64,000 nt of DNA from Anthoceros angustus (Eukaryota; Plantae; Anthocerotophyta), in NCBI GenBank assembly GCA_010909165.1, contig MU008158.1, forward strand, positions 2,877,478 through 2,941,477. The letters run 5' to 3'. Position numbers and translations under genes: made by a program. The notes under the pieces are model-generated. The model did not search any database. It was not told the DNA's origin and saw only the letters and a program-made list of their open reading frames with translations. Positions 1-13,200 of the stretch are shown in pieces. Numbering within the stretch: the first letter of the stretch is position 1; each line of letters starts with the position of its first letter.

Positions 1-322
1 CCTGACCTACTCGTAGAAGGCGTGGGTTCGGGCTTGATTGGTCTCCAGGAGTGGCGAGAAGGCCGCGGTGCTTGCTGCCATGAAAGGATATGGATGCCTC
101 TAGGTGGTTGCTCATCTCGCGGGCCTGTGGTGGTTTGTCGTCGTGGCATTTGCGGTGCCCTGGCGTATGCTACAACATTTCTGTGTGGAAGCTGGATAAT
201 CGTAGTTGCTATACCTCGGGCTTGGACATTCCACCTGCGCTGTCAACTTAGGGTTATCTGCAATGTGCGCGTCGTAGCGGGGACGCCGGGTGGATTGGGG
301 AAGCAGCTGGCCAATCTCAGCC

Positions 323-3300
323 ATGGCTGGTCGAGGTGCTGCACTCACGCGTCCTGCCTGGTTGAAGCATGCGGAAGAGGCGAAATTGAAAGATGAGGAA
401 GAAAAAGCTGCTGCAGCACGGGCTGCTTTCGATGCCACTTTCCGGGATGTGGACCAGGGAGCACGGAACGGAAATGCCTCCTCCGACAGTGAGGCTGACG
501 AGGCGGACAAGCTTGCGAATAAGCCAATTGGTATGTGCTTCTTGTGCTTCCTCATCTGTAATGCTTGTTGCCTGAGCCTAGGGCCAACCACCACTGTGAG
601 ATCATAATGTGGAATTGACTGCTGGTGAGATTGATTGACAGGTCCTGTGGACCCATCCAGATGTACAGCTGCAGGGACAGGAGTCGGAGGAGGCGCTGCT
701 GGTGCAGCCGCCTCATTTGTTGTGGTCACCAAGGACTCCGATGGGAGGAGGGCTCCTCATGGAGGCGCCTACATAAGAGTGAGAATCACTCCTGGAGCTG
801 GAGTTGGGGGAACGGAGCAAGAAGCTGTCGTCAAGGATCATTCCGACGGGACGTATACGGTCACCTATGCAGTGGCCAAGAGAGGGGATTATATGGTCAG
901 TGTTGACTGCAACGGCCACCCCATTCTTGGTAGCCCTTTTCCTGTTTTCTTCAGTGGTGGAAATCCGCAAGTCGGAGGCACCACCTTGCCGACATCCGCG
1001 CCTATTTTGGGATCGTCTCCGTTTCTGAATGGAGTGGCCCAGCCCATGTCCGCCTTTCCGAATATGGGCATGACAGGAATATTCCCGGGAATGCTTTCAT
1101 CGTTGATTCCTGGACTGCTTCCTGGGGCTACAGGCGGGGCCGTTCTGCCTGGCATTGGAGCCTCTTTTGGGGAGGTCTGTCGTGATTACCTCAATGGCCG
1201 GTGTGCAAGGACGGATTGCAAGTATAATCACCCCCCTCAGAACCAGCTTATGGCCGCTTTGGCAGCTGGCAGCACCATGGGAGGTCTCAGTCAGATGCCC
1301 ATGGCTCCATCGGCAGCTGCAATGGCTGCTGCCCAGAGCATTGCTGCTGCACAAGCATATCAGGCAGCCCAGGCACAAGCAGCTGCTCAACAGCAGCAAA
1401 AACAGCCATCTGCAGGTGATATTCTATTTCGTAGGCCAAGGGGGGGAATGCTGTCTCGTGTGATCTTCATATTTCTGGAGCTGGTCACTGGATCTGAAAT
1501 GCTCAAGTATGTTTTATCTTGCTCTCATCTTATTGCTTGATTGTTGAAGGTGCTGGGGAGGTCAATGGTGAAGCACTTTCTGCTGAAGAACCTGCCGGAA
1601 GTGGTGAGCCATCATGCACAATACATGTAAGCAATATAAGTCCAGGTCTGCAAGTAGATCACTTCGACAGCTTTTGGCTACTGCGGAACTGTGGTTGATT
1701 GTAAGATTTCTGATTCCAAAACATCTGCATATGTGGAGTTTTCAAAACATGAGGAAGCAAAATCTGCATTGGAATTAAATAACATGGACGTCAAGGGTGC
1801 CTCTTTGAAACTGGAGTTGGCGAAACCTGCTCGCTTGGTGAAACAGGCATCAACTTTGTCCACCTCCACTGCAGCCTCAACTCCTATTGCAGCTGCTCAG
1901 CCCGCTCCTCCTTTGCCAATGATGATGCAGCAGGCTGTTGCCATGCAGCAACTGCAATTTCAACAAGCTTTGTTTATGCAGCAGGCCATGGCCACTCAGC
2001 AGGCTGCAGCTCGAGCTGCCACTGTGAAATCTGCTGCCGAGATGGCAGCAGCAAGAGCAGCCGAAATCAGCAAGCGACTCAAAGGGCCCAATGGTGAAGG
2101 GCCAGAGGAGGAAGAGCAACCTACAAGGTGTGTTGCGGTGAACTTGAAATATCTCGAATGTTTGGTCCTATACCGTTTGTGGCATGCTCATTTTCAATGT
2201 AGCTCATGATGCTCATTCTTTGAGTGCTGTCACCAGAGGGATGTATTCAATGATATTTTTGCTACATGGCAGGTCTCGGTCTCAATCTGTTGGAAGATCT
2301 CGAGCAAATCAAAATCAAAATCACCGATACGGTACAGGCGAAATTGGTATAATCAATCAAACTCACGCCTCCTAGCTCGCAGGGACAGGAGTCGGAGGAG
2401 GCGCTGCTGGTGCAGCCGCCTCATTTGTTGTGGTCACCAAGGACCTGATGGGAGGAGGGCTCCTCATGGAGGCGCCTACATAAGAGTGAGAATCACTCCT
2501 GGAGCTGGAGTTGGGGAACGGAGCAAGAAGCTGTCGTCAAGGATCATTCCGACGGACGTATACGGTCACCATGCAGTGGCCAAGAGAGGGGATTATATGG
2601 TCAGTGTTGACTGCAACGGCCACCCCATTCTTGGTAGCCCTTTTCCTGTTTTCTTCAGTGGTGGAAATCCGCAAGTCGGAGGCACCACCTTGCCGACATC
2701 CGCGCCTATTTTGGGATCGTCTCCGTTTCTGAATGGAGTGGCCCAGCCCATGTCCGCCTTTCCGAATATGGGCATGACAGGAATATTCCCGGGAATGCTT
2801 TCATCGTTGATTCCTGGACTGCTTCCTGGGGCTACAGGCGGGGCCGTTCTGCCTGGCATTGGAGCCTCTTTGGGAGGTCTGTCGTGATTACCTCAATGGC
2901 CGGTGTGCAAGGACGGATTGCAAGTATAATCACCCCTCAGAACCAGCTTATGGCCGCTTTGGCAGCTGGCAGCACCATGGGAGGTCTCAGTCAGATGCCC
3001 ATGGCTCCATCGGCAGCTGCAATGGCTGCTGCCCAGAGCATTGCTGCTGCACAAGCATATCAGGCAGCCCAGGCACAAGCAGCTGCTCAACAGCAGCAAA
3101 AACAGCCATCTGCAGGTGATATTCTATTTCGTAGGCCAAGGGGGGGAATGCTGTCTCGTGTGATCTTCATATTTCTGGAGCTGGTCACTGGATCTGAAAT
3201 GCTCGAAGTATGTTTTATCTTGCTCTCATCTTATTGCTTGATTGTTGAAGGTGCTGGGGAGGTCAATGGTGAAGCACTTTCTGCTGAAGAACCTGCCGGA

Positions 3301-5563
3301 AGTGGTGAGCCATCATGCACAATACATGTAAGCAATATAAGTCCAGGTCTGCAAGTAGATCACTTGCGACAGCTTTTTGGCTACTGCGGAACTGTGGTTG
3401 ATTGTAAGATTTCTGATTCCAAAACATCTGCATATGTGGAGTTTTCAAAACATGAGGAAGCAAAATCTGCATTGGAATTAAATAACATGGACGTCAAGGG
3501 TGCCTCTTTGAAACTGGAGTTGGCGAAACCTGCTCGCTTGGTGAAACAGGCATCAACTTTGTCCACCTCCACTGCAGCCTCAACTCCTATTGCAGCTGCT
3601 CAGCCTCCTTTGCCAATGATGATGCAGCAGGCTGTTGCCATGCAGCAACTGCAATTTCAACAAGCTTTGTTTATGCAGCAGGCCATGGCCACTCAGCAGG
3701 CTGCAGCTCGAGCTGCCATCAGAAATCTGCTGCCGAGATGGCAGCAGCAAGAGCAGCCGAAATCAGCAAGCGACTCAAAGGGCCCAATGGTGAAGGGCCA
3801 GAGGAGGAAGAGCAACCTACAAGGTGTGTTGCGGTGAACTTGAAATATCTCGAATGTTTGGTCCTATACCGTTTGTGGCATGCTCATTTTCAATGTAGCT
3901 CATGATGCTCATTCTTTGAGTGCTGTCACCAGAGGGATGTATTCAATGATATTTTTTGCTACATGGCAGGTCTCGGTCTCAATCTGTTGGAAGATCTCGG
4001 AGCAAATCAAAATCAAAATCACCGATACGGTACAGGCGAAATTGGTATAATCAATCAAACTCACGCTCTCCTAGCCGCTTTCGCAGGGACAGGGATCGCC
4101 GATCCCGGTCCCGGTCTAGAGATCGATTTCATAAGAGAAGTAGGAGCAGAGACCGTGGCCCTCACGGCAGAGGCGGTCGTGATGGCTATTTCAGGTACCA
4201 TCCCCGCCGTGAGTGGGAAAGGGGAAGAGAGAGGGAGTATCAATCTCGTGCTTCACGCAGGAGTAGGAGCAGGAGTAGGAGCCGGAGCCGCGTGAGGCGA
4301 TCACGAAGCCAATCGAGGTCCCCTAAGTATAGGAAAGTACATAGTTCTCCAATGAGGAGAAGACGAGAGGAGGGTAAACCCACTAGGATTCTTAGGAGGT
4401 CCAGGTCTACTTCAAGAGATCGACATAGAGGTTCACCTAAGAGCAGTCCTGCAAGACCTGGGAGCCCTTGGAGAAGGAGGGGAAAGAGTGTCAAAGAACA
4501 GGATTGGGGCCAAGGAGATGAGGCTAGAAATGGTCATCAGATGGGAATACATGCTGTGGACACAAAGTTTGGTCATGGTGATGAGGATCTTATTGAAAAG
4601 TCAAGGCAGGCGAGCAATTCTGCCCTAGGGTCTAGGATAGCTGGTGCTAATGATCATTGCCCAGGGTTTACTCAGGATGACGAGAATGGGGCTTCTAGAG
4701 AGCAAGGAGTAGCACTTGAGGCTGCTGTGAAATTAGATACGGTCGACAAGGAGAGAACAGAGAGGGCAAAGGAGAAAGTGGTTACAGGCAAGAGCAAGGA
4801 GGGAGTCGAGCATATGAAATTGGAAGGGGTTGGAATGTCTAAGAAAGAGAGGTCCAGCCATGAAACCAAACCACCCTGGCATCCTGTGGGGACTGGTCTT
4901 GAGGATAGCCCAAGTCGCATTCATGCAACATGTTCTCAAAATCAGGTAGAGAAGCACACAACTGAAGAAAGGGGGAGCGGAAGTCAGTTTGTCAAGTTGG
5001 GTGAGGAGCCTCCACAGGATGAAGGCCTTAAACCTGATGATGACCATGTGTCCTCTGGCATCAAGAGTGAAAGGCTTGTGCCAACTGAGGATCCAATTGA
5101 AACCGTTCATCAGGATGACGACCCAGTAGCAAGGTCAGATGGTGATGTGTTGGCACCTCATGATGAGGATAACAATGAAGAAGAGCAGGATAAGAGACGA
5201 GAGAGGCATAGAAGGCATCGCAAGAAGCATAGTCGAGATGGGTTTGAGGTTGACAAGGTTGAGGGAGATGGGGACGGGGATGACCCTGAGGGAGACAGGG
5301 ATGGGGACAGACAGGGCCGTAAAGACAAGAGGCGGCATAAGAAACGTTCCAGAAAGGATGATGAAAAGAAGAAACGAAAGCATAAGCACCGCAGGCACAG
5401 ATCTCCTGGTGGCTCAATAGAAGGATCTCCGTCCATCGATGCAGGTAGGAGCAAAGTGGCAGAGGTTGAAAGTGGACCTCAGAAGAGGAGCTCCAGTAAA
5501 CACAAGAGGAAGCACAGGGAAACTTCAAAATCAATAACTTGCAGCCTGAGTTCAAGTGATTAA
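323..5563 (+). CDS. Spliced gene for a filamin-repeat / CCCH zinc finger / RRM / RS-rich RNA-binding (splicing-factor-like) protein; middle exons appear twice
   Basis: ATG at 323 (MAGRGAALTRPAWLK). GT-AG intron 531-641. Filamin motif 'VKDHSDGTYTVTY...GHPILGSPF', CCCH 'CRDYLNGRCARTDCKYNHP', RRM 'IHVSNISPGLQVDHLRQLFGYCGTVVDC...AYVEFS', long RS/basic-acidic last exon ending TAA at 5563. About 671-2378 is repeated at about 2379-4093 and each copy has different indels. Confidence 0.85.
671..4093. repeat. About 1.7-kb imperfect tandem duplication inside gene 1
   Basis: Near-identical ORF translations (635..1540 vs 2486..2887 and 2884..3837). The junction at about 2379 uses the shared sequence GCAGGGACAGG present at both ends of the unit. 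Confidence 0.9.
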
Positions 5564-7092
5564 CAGGGTGGCTGTGTTAATGATGCTGTTGTGCTGAGGA
5601 GATGGTTATTGTTCAAGTCAGTGGGTTGTTCCTCTGACTTGCTGCATTTCCAGCATTGGATGACTTAGCAGCTGGTATCTGTGCATGTCCAGCATTCTGG
5701 TGGGAGCATGAGAAGCAGCGCCACCCCCTGTCTCTATCTGGGTGATACCTCGGTGACAAGTGTCTTTGGTGCGGCTGTTGAGCTTGTCGGAGTGACAAGA
5801 ATCTCTGCTGTGGCTGGGCGTGTTGTTCTTTTGCAGGGACATTATGGCTGGCATGGTAGTGAAGCGCATCCGTCAACACGGCCTGTTGTCTTTGGCAAAT
5901 ATGTAGGTAGCTAGACTGGCCAAAACTTTCCGGGGTTGTGCAAGTTCATTTGTGCCACAGGACCCGCTGTCGTCAATGAAATTTTTTTCCTCTTTGGTTG
6001 TGACTAGTGTGTAGGAACTTGAGTCACACACGCGTGTTGTTGTGTATACTAGTAGTAACTGTGTGGTGGCAGTTGGCTTGGACTCGGTGTAATCTTGTAG
6101 CAATTTGAATGGCAATGATGGGAGTTCATTTCCAGGCGTGTGTGAATGTTGGGTGGGATGGGGTTGGAGATGGGTTGGGTCCAGGATGTGATAAGGAGTG
6201 TCTTGAGTGCAAGAGAGCAGGCAACGATGAAGCTAAAGTTGGTGGTAAGTAAAGTGGAGGAGTGTGTTGCATAAGCAGCTTTTATGGCGACTGGGAAAGT
6301 GCTGTCAAGTGTGACAGGATTGTGTGCTAATCTCGGCGGGTGGTGCTGTGCTGGGTGGTGGGGGAGGTGAGGGGCGGAGTGGGATCCTGTTTGTCGACAG
6401 ACGAATGTGTTTAGTGTGATTTGGAAGTGAGGAAAAGGAGATGCGGAGCAGGCGGTGTGGCGCGTCTGTAGCCATCTACGAAGCTGTGTACATTATTCAT
6501 ATAGCTCCAGATCTAGTCTTTGCAAGGCAGGCAGGGAGGCAGGCTGGCCTGGTGGCAAGTTGGCTGGCCTCTCACTGTCTCTCACACAGTCTGTGTCTTT
6601 CTTGACGAGAAAGCCACAGTTGGTCACTCGTGACGAGGGACACAGACTGTGGCTCTCCTCAAGAAAGCCTCTGCTGCTGGTTTGTCACAATATCTACTAC
6701 TGTAGTTGTCGCTGTTATGGTTGAGTTAAAGTATCGAAGTGACCCGACAAGGCACGTGATATCTGGTATCGGAAAGAAGCCCGGTTCCACATGGCCCGTC
6801 CTCATTGGCGTCCCAGAAGATCGACTCAGCCCGCGCAAATCGTCTGTTCAAACTTGTGTCCAATTTTAACTCAAACATCCATACATACCAGCCCGGTTGT
6901 GACCTGAGTGGGGTTTGGCGCGCTCGAGACCGGACTGCCAGTCCTCCCTCGAGGCCGAGTGTGCGAGCCTCTTCCCGAGCTCGCGCCGTCGACCCGGTCA
7001 GTCCAAGCGCTCGATCTGCCTGCTGCATTGCAATGCGTGCCCCTGAGCTGAGCAGCTCGTAGGACGGCTGGATGAATCGAGCTAGGCCGGGC

Positions 7093-7182
7093 TAGTCTCT
7101 TCTCTTCTCGTCTGGGCTCGTTTCGTCTCGTCTCGTCTGGTGTCGTCTCGCCGGAGCTGGGCTGGGCAGGGCAGGGCAGGGC
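7093..7182. repeat. Pentamer microsatellites (CTCTT, CGTCT, GGGCA) just upstream of AIR9
   Basis: Directly visible: tctcttctcttctc, cgtctcgtctcgtct, gggcagggcagggcaggg. Confidence 0.8.
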
Positions 7183-7212
7183 CAAGCTGCGGATGCTGCC
7201 TGCGCTAATACC

Positions 7213-10200
7213 ATGGACCAGGACTGGGCTCTCGAGACCGCATCCCAGCTCCACGCAGACGCATTGTCCCTGCTGGAGTCGACGGACACTTCCCTGATAG
7301 GCCCGGAGCTGGAGCTGGGTGGGACTGAGGATGCTGTGCTGGAGGAGGAGCCGGAGCCGGAGCTGGAGCTGGAGCAGCAGCAGCAGCAGCAGGAGGAGGA
7401 ACAGGGCGAGGAGAAGGGAGAAAGCGATACCGACGGCGATAATGCCCTGGTGGAAGGGGCCCCGACTCTCTCGCCTGTTGTACCTGCATTGGAGGAAGTA
7501 GAGGTGACCCCGCCGCAGCCGCCCGCACCAGCGCGGGCTTCCAATTCCGCATCTGCAATTGCCGGGTCCGGCTCGGTGGCTGGGAAGCTCAGCAATGGGG
7601 GCGTCAGGCGCAGCGTGACCGCGACATCGGCCTCTACCGTGTCCCCGCGCCCTTTCCTCAGGTCCTCTTCAATGGCGGCTGCGGCGCGGAGGCTGTCCAC
7701 CGGCAACGGCAACGGCAACGGCAACGGCCCGCAGCATCCGAGCAGCAACGGGAGCAATGGGAGCCCGGCAGCAGGGGGCCCGGCTATGAAGCGCTCGCCT
7801 TCTCTCAATCTGGATGTGCGGCGTAGCTCTGCCAGCCCGCGCACTTTGGCGCTCTCGTCTCCCAAGCCGCTGGCTACCCCGCCCGGGTCGCGGCGCGCTT
7901 CCCTCTCAGCTGTGTCGTCGAGCAACTCGACCGTGTCTCCTTCTGACTTGAAGAAATGGGCTTCTTCATCCTCTTCCTCTGCGTCCAAGGGCCTTGGCTC
8001 GAACCTGTCCCCGGTGACTTCCAAGCTGCCGTCTCCCCGGGCCTCGGTTGCCAAAACTCCTTCTCAGACGGCGAAGCTGGGGGCTGTCTCCAGCTCTACC
8101 TCTAGTCCCAGGCTGCACGCGGCGAGCTCTTCTCCCTCGGTGCTCAATGCTTCAAAGTCCTCTCCTTCGTTGCCCAGTACCCCCGCTGCAAATGGCACCA
8201 GGAAGCAGCCGACTCCGATCGTTGTTAAGCGATCTCCCAAGACAGCCTCGCCCTCGGCTCCCTCGCTCGCCAAGCACACTTCCCCATCCTCCGCTGACAA
8301 GAGCAAGGTCCGCTCTTCTGCGAAGGTGGCCTCTCCGTCTCCTCTGTCAGCTGATAGGGGGCCGAGCATGTTGTCCAGGAGAAAGTCTCTCACTTCTGAA
8401 ACACGGGATCCGCGGTTTATCAATCTGCCATCAGTGGATGTTAAGGCAGGGGATGACGTGGTGAGCTTCCATTCATGTTCAATGCACCACACTTGTCCTC
8501 GACCTGCTTCTCTGGGACCTTCAACATGAAACTCCCTTGTTTGCAGAGGCTGGATCTGAGGGGTCAGAAGGTCCGGAGCTTGGATGGGAATCTTGTCAAC
8601 CTCACACCCAAAATGGAGGTGCGTTTTTACCAGCCCCCGAGCAGTATACAATTTTCACAAGCTACTACCTTTCCCTTAGGCTCCTTGTCTTCGGACTTTA
8701 TTTCTTTCGCTCATGTGCCTGCCCGTGGCAGTTTGTTTATCTCAGGGACAATAAACTCACCACCTTGAATGGCATTGAGACACTTCGACGAGTAAAGGTG
8801 AAATGCTCGTTCCAGTGTTCTAGAGCCTTCTGCGAAGGCTGGTTGCGGACAAATTTAACCGTGGCTGAACCGTTGTTATGTGCTTGGTCCTGGACTGGGT
8901 GAACTGCAGGTTCTGGATCTAAGCTTCAACGAGTTCAAAGGATCCGGGTTTGAGCCACTTGCAGGTTGCAAAGGCCTTCAGGTAAGCTCCAGGTATCTTG
9001 GTACATTCCATGTGTGACTCCGAATAATTCACGAGCACCTGATGCTTTTTGGATGCTTTTTGGATGCAGCAACTTTACCTGGCAGGCAACCAAATAACCT
9101 CCCTGACTGGATTGCCGTCTCTGCCAAATTTAGAGGTATCTATCCTGGATGACTGCCAGCGTCCAGCCTTTTCCTTCGGTAAGCTTCAAGAATGAGGACA
9201 CGTCTTTTAACAGTTTCATGCTTACAGTTCCTCTCGGTTGCACAAAACAAAATCAAGTCTCTTGCCATGGCCACTCAACCGAGGCTTCAGGTTAATTTGC
9301 TTCCTCTTCACTTTGCAGTGTTACCCATGGCCTGTGTGTCTGCAGCTAACCTGGTCCTTTCCATGTGCAAAGGTTCTAGCAGCCAGCAAGAACAAAATCT
9401 CGACGCTGAAGGGTTTTCCTCATCTTCCTGCTCTGGAGGTATGGCATGAACATACTTTCAAACTCTAGCTGAGCTCCTCGTGAAGTCACATGTAAAGGCT
9501 CTGTGAGTCCATGAAATTATGCTTGTCTTCAGTGAGGGAGAAGACGTTCTACTTGACCACAGGATGTCTGGGCAGTTCTGTCTTAGCCCAGATCTCGGTC
9601 CTTCATTAGTTTCCAGTGTCCTAAAGCAGATTGTCTCCTGTGTTTCAGCATCTTCGGCTGGAAGAAAATCCTATTTTGGATGTTCCTCACGTGGAAGCAG
9701 CATCCATCCTTCTGCTGGGACCGTCATTGAAGAAGTTCAACGATCGAGGTTGACATTCAGAACTTGCTGAGTTGGTTTTTGCGTCAAGTGTATGTGCCCT
9801 GATTTGTGTCATGCACTCTGATTTCCATCTGCCTTTTGGCTGTCAAGTGTGATCATTTGGGTCCACAGTAGCACCTTAGCAGGTGTGGCAGACAAGACCT
9901 GACAGTGCCGTTGGAGTTGGCTGTAGATCTCTCTTTGTCTGAGGTGGAGCTATCTCAAATGTACCCTGCTCACACAGCATTCAGTATTCGAGAGGGTTGG
10001 AATCTTTCTTCTCCTGAGGAAGCTGCTGGTAAACACGTCATCCTCTGAAAGTGGACGAGGAAGGATGGGGAAAAACTTCGCAAATTATGTGACTTGGACT
10101 GTGCTGTCTGTACAGATTCGATTTTAAGGTTCTTGACTGAGCAATGGGAGGGAACCCTACCCCAAGGTTATGTTCTGAAGAAGGTTTCTGTGGACCGTCC

Positions 10201-13200
10201 TATGGAGGAGGATCCTTGTCGCTGTGACTTCCTGTTCGAGAAGGAGGATGGGACAGATGATGATTCTGACCTTGACCTCCGCTACCAGTGGTTTGTTGGA
10301 GAGAGAAGTCTGACAGACTTTGTGGTAATCGAGGGAGCTACAGTCAAGGTAGTGATCTCACCTTCTCTTCAAACTTTTTCAGTGAACTTAGTGCTGTCCT
10401 TCTTTGTCTGATTAGCATGTATTGTGTCTAAAGCTAGAGTTTTCATTCTTATCTTGGGGATGTCTTTGTGAGCTAGGAATACTGGCCGAAGCACGAAGAT
10501 GTTGGGAACTACCTCAAAATTGAGTGCACTCCAATTGTAGCTGGGGTTGAATGCTCTCCAATTCATTTGATCTCTCTGCCTGTAGCCACAGGTAAGATGA
10601 AGAGGGAGTTTCTTACAGTAACTGAGGGAGTTCCTTACAGTAACTGTCTGCTGTGATGGACTGATCACTAATCGTTTGCACAGGTAGTGGAATTCCAAAG
10701 GTTCTACGACTGGACGTGGAAGGAGAGCTCATGGAGGGCTGTACGCTAAGAGGTTCTGCCTACGTTGCCTGGCGAGGTGGCACTCCAAGCAAAGGAGTCG
10801 TAAGGTAGTCATCAGTGCACTTCACTATTTGACCTTCTCTGTGGTCCTCATGTTGTCCCACTATCTGTCTTTTACCATTACTGATTGTCGGGCCTGCACT
10901 GGCAGCTGGCTTCGGTTCACCGAAAATGGTAGTCCTGTTGCAATTCTGGGTGCCGAGGAATACGAGTACAAGTTGACTGTGGATGACATTGGGGCCAACC
11001 TTGTCTTTATGTATACACCTGTAACTGAAGAGGGAGCAAAGGGGGATTCTCAGCACGCAACTACCAACCTGATTCAAGCAGGTATGATGCTACGAGCTGC
11101 TTGAATTATTGTGCCCTGTTATCTCTTCTCTGATCTGATTTTGCAACCGTCACCGTATATCTGGCAGCCCCCCCAAGCGTTGGCAACGTGCACATTGTAG
11201 GCGACGCTATTGAAGGGAACACTATCGAAGGAGTTGGAAAATACTTTGGTGGGAGGGAAGGACCTAGCAAGTTCGAGTGGCTGCGTGAGGATCGGGATTC
11301 TGGGTGCGGCTCTTTGCCCCTTGTCTTCCTTCAGTAGATTCATTTCCTGGCAGCTGACTTTGTTTAGAATCTCAAGGTCTCTCTCTTTGGTCGCCTACCT
11401 GATTGGCTCATTTCATTGTACAGAGAATTCAAACTTGTTTCTCGAGGAACCTGCGAGTATGTCCTAACCGAAGACGATGTGGGTTTGCGCATCATGTTCA
11501 TCTACACTCCCGTCAACAATCAAGGTATCTTATTCTATACTCCTTCAAACAAGCTTGACAAGTCGATTTCTCCATTGGCTACCCTCCTAACTAAGCTGTG
11601 TTTGATGGGAATGATTATGGTTCAGCTGTTCAAGGCAATCCCGCTTCTATCATCAGTGCAAAAGTGCTGCGTGGTAAGTACTTCATATCAATGATTCGAT
11701 GTTACACACGTCTCTGTCTGCATTTTGCGTGCCTAGGGTGTGTAGTTTGTTTTGGAAGTATGAACCTTCCCTTTTCCATTACAGCTCCTCAATGTCTATC
11801 GATAGTTTCCCACGTGAGTGTCAGATTTGTAGGTTTGCTTCCCTGTTCATTTAAATGGCGGTGTGTTATCTGCTGCAGCTCCACCCAAGGTTGCAAATCT
11901 CAGAATTATTGGTGATATTAAAGAAGGGAGTAAGCTAGCTTTGAGTGCCACATTTGTTGGTGGCGTAGAAGGTCCAAGTCGAGTACAATGGTTCAAGTCC
12001 CCCTCTCCAGTCCTGAAGAATCCTGTTGATTTGGATGCCATTAGCACGACCAAGGTTGCTAAGGTACACCCCAGTGCGCTGAGCTTGGTATCGATACTTC
12101 AGATCTGAACCAGAAGTATCTGTGCAAATGTGTCCGTTCTTACGTCGGCTTGTGGTGTGTCAGACGTTCCGTGTCCCGCTTCCAGCTGTCGGTCACTATC
12201 TCGTAGCCAAATACACTCCTGTTCGCTCGGATGGAGAGATCGGTGAACCCGTTTTCGCTGTATCGGAGAGTCAAGTGGAGAGTACGAGCCTTTACCTGCT
12301 CACAGCATTTCCTGGTTGCGGATTTGTTAGACGATGTTGTCACTCATTGTAGTCTATATTGTAACCTCTTGTTTCGTGAGTTTGTAGTCGCAATGTATTT
12401 AACTCAAACAAATCTGTTCCAGTGCTGTCTCCTGCTTTGACGTCCCTCACCATAAATGGAGAGCTGTTGGAAGGTGAAACGCTGACAGCTTCATATGGAT
12501 ATATCGGTGGCCATGAGGGCCAAAGTCAGTACAACTGGTACCTGCACGAGGTGAGTTCTCGCAGCGTTGGCATCCACGTCATCAAATAGCTATGCTACCC
12601 TTTGGCAATAATAACAGGTGACATCTTCGTGGTGAAGCAGTTCGAGAATGACCTGGGGTACTTGGTACCTGAAGCTGCTGGAAAGCTACAGTATCAAGTT
12701 AGTTTGCAAGCAGTCGGCAAGTTCGTATCATTTCGATGTGTCCCTGTGAGAGACGATGGAGTGGTTGGTGAAGGCAGGGCGACATTGTGTCCAGAGCGTG
12801 TTAGAGCTGGTATTTTTCTTCAGAACCATTTGAAGCATGCTGAAAAAATGTGCACAAACTTATTTGGCAGCAATCTAAGTTCATTGGTACCACTCTTCGT
12901 GCACAGGCTCTCCCAAGCTTGTGTCGCTGCAGATCAGTGGAGAAGCCGTGGAAGGGGCTGAGCTGACTGTGAAAAAACAGTATTGGGGTGGTGGAGAGGG
13001 TCCCTCCAGACTGCAGTGGTTCCTGGTAATATTCGGAAATATCTGCCATTGTCAGACTGGCAAGCTTCAACCTTCCAAGGGTTTTCTTGTTTGGGACGTA
13101 AGCGGTGAGTGGTTCTAGCTGATTTGTTTGTGACATTTGGTTGCAGACTCGACCAGATGGTGCACAGCGAGAGATTAAGGGAGCTGTAGGTGTGTCTTAT

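Noticed and set aside
2379-4093. Real exon-duplication isoform of gene 1
   Set aside because: Complementary frameshifts in the two copies and the same pattern across the window favour an assembly artefact.
5613-7062. Short ORFs between gene 1 and AIR9
   Set aside because: No recognisable domains or consistent splice model; probably UTR/promoter sequence.
7092-8054. 320-aa minus-strand ORF; likewise 22185..23243 and 32685..33332
   Set aside because: Antisense shadows of GC-rich coding exons (AIR9, PPR, F-box) with no independent motifs.
10601-10645. 22-bp tandem repeat in an AIR9 intron (similar short repeats at ~9041 and ~30960)
   Set aside because: Ordinary local slippage duplications with no evident function.
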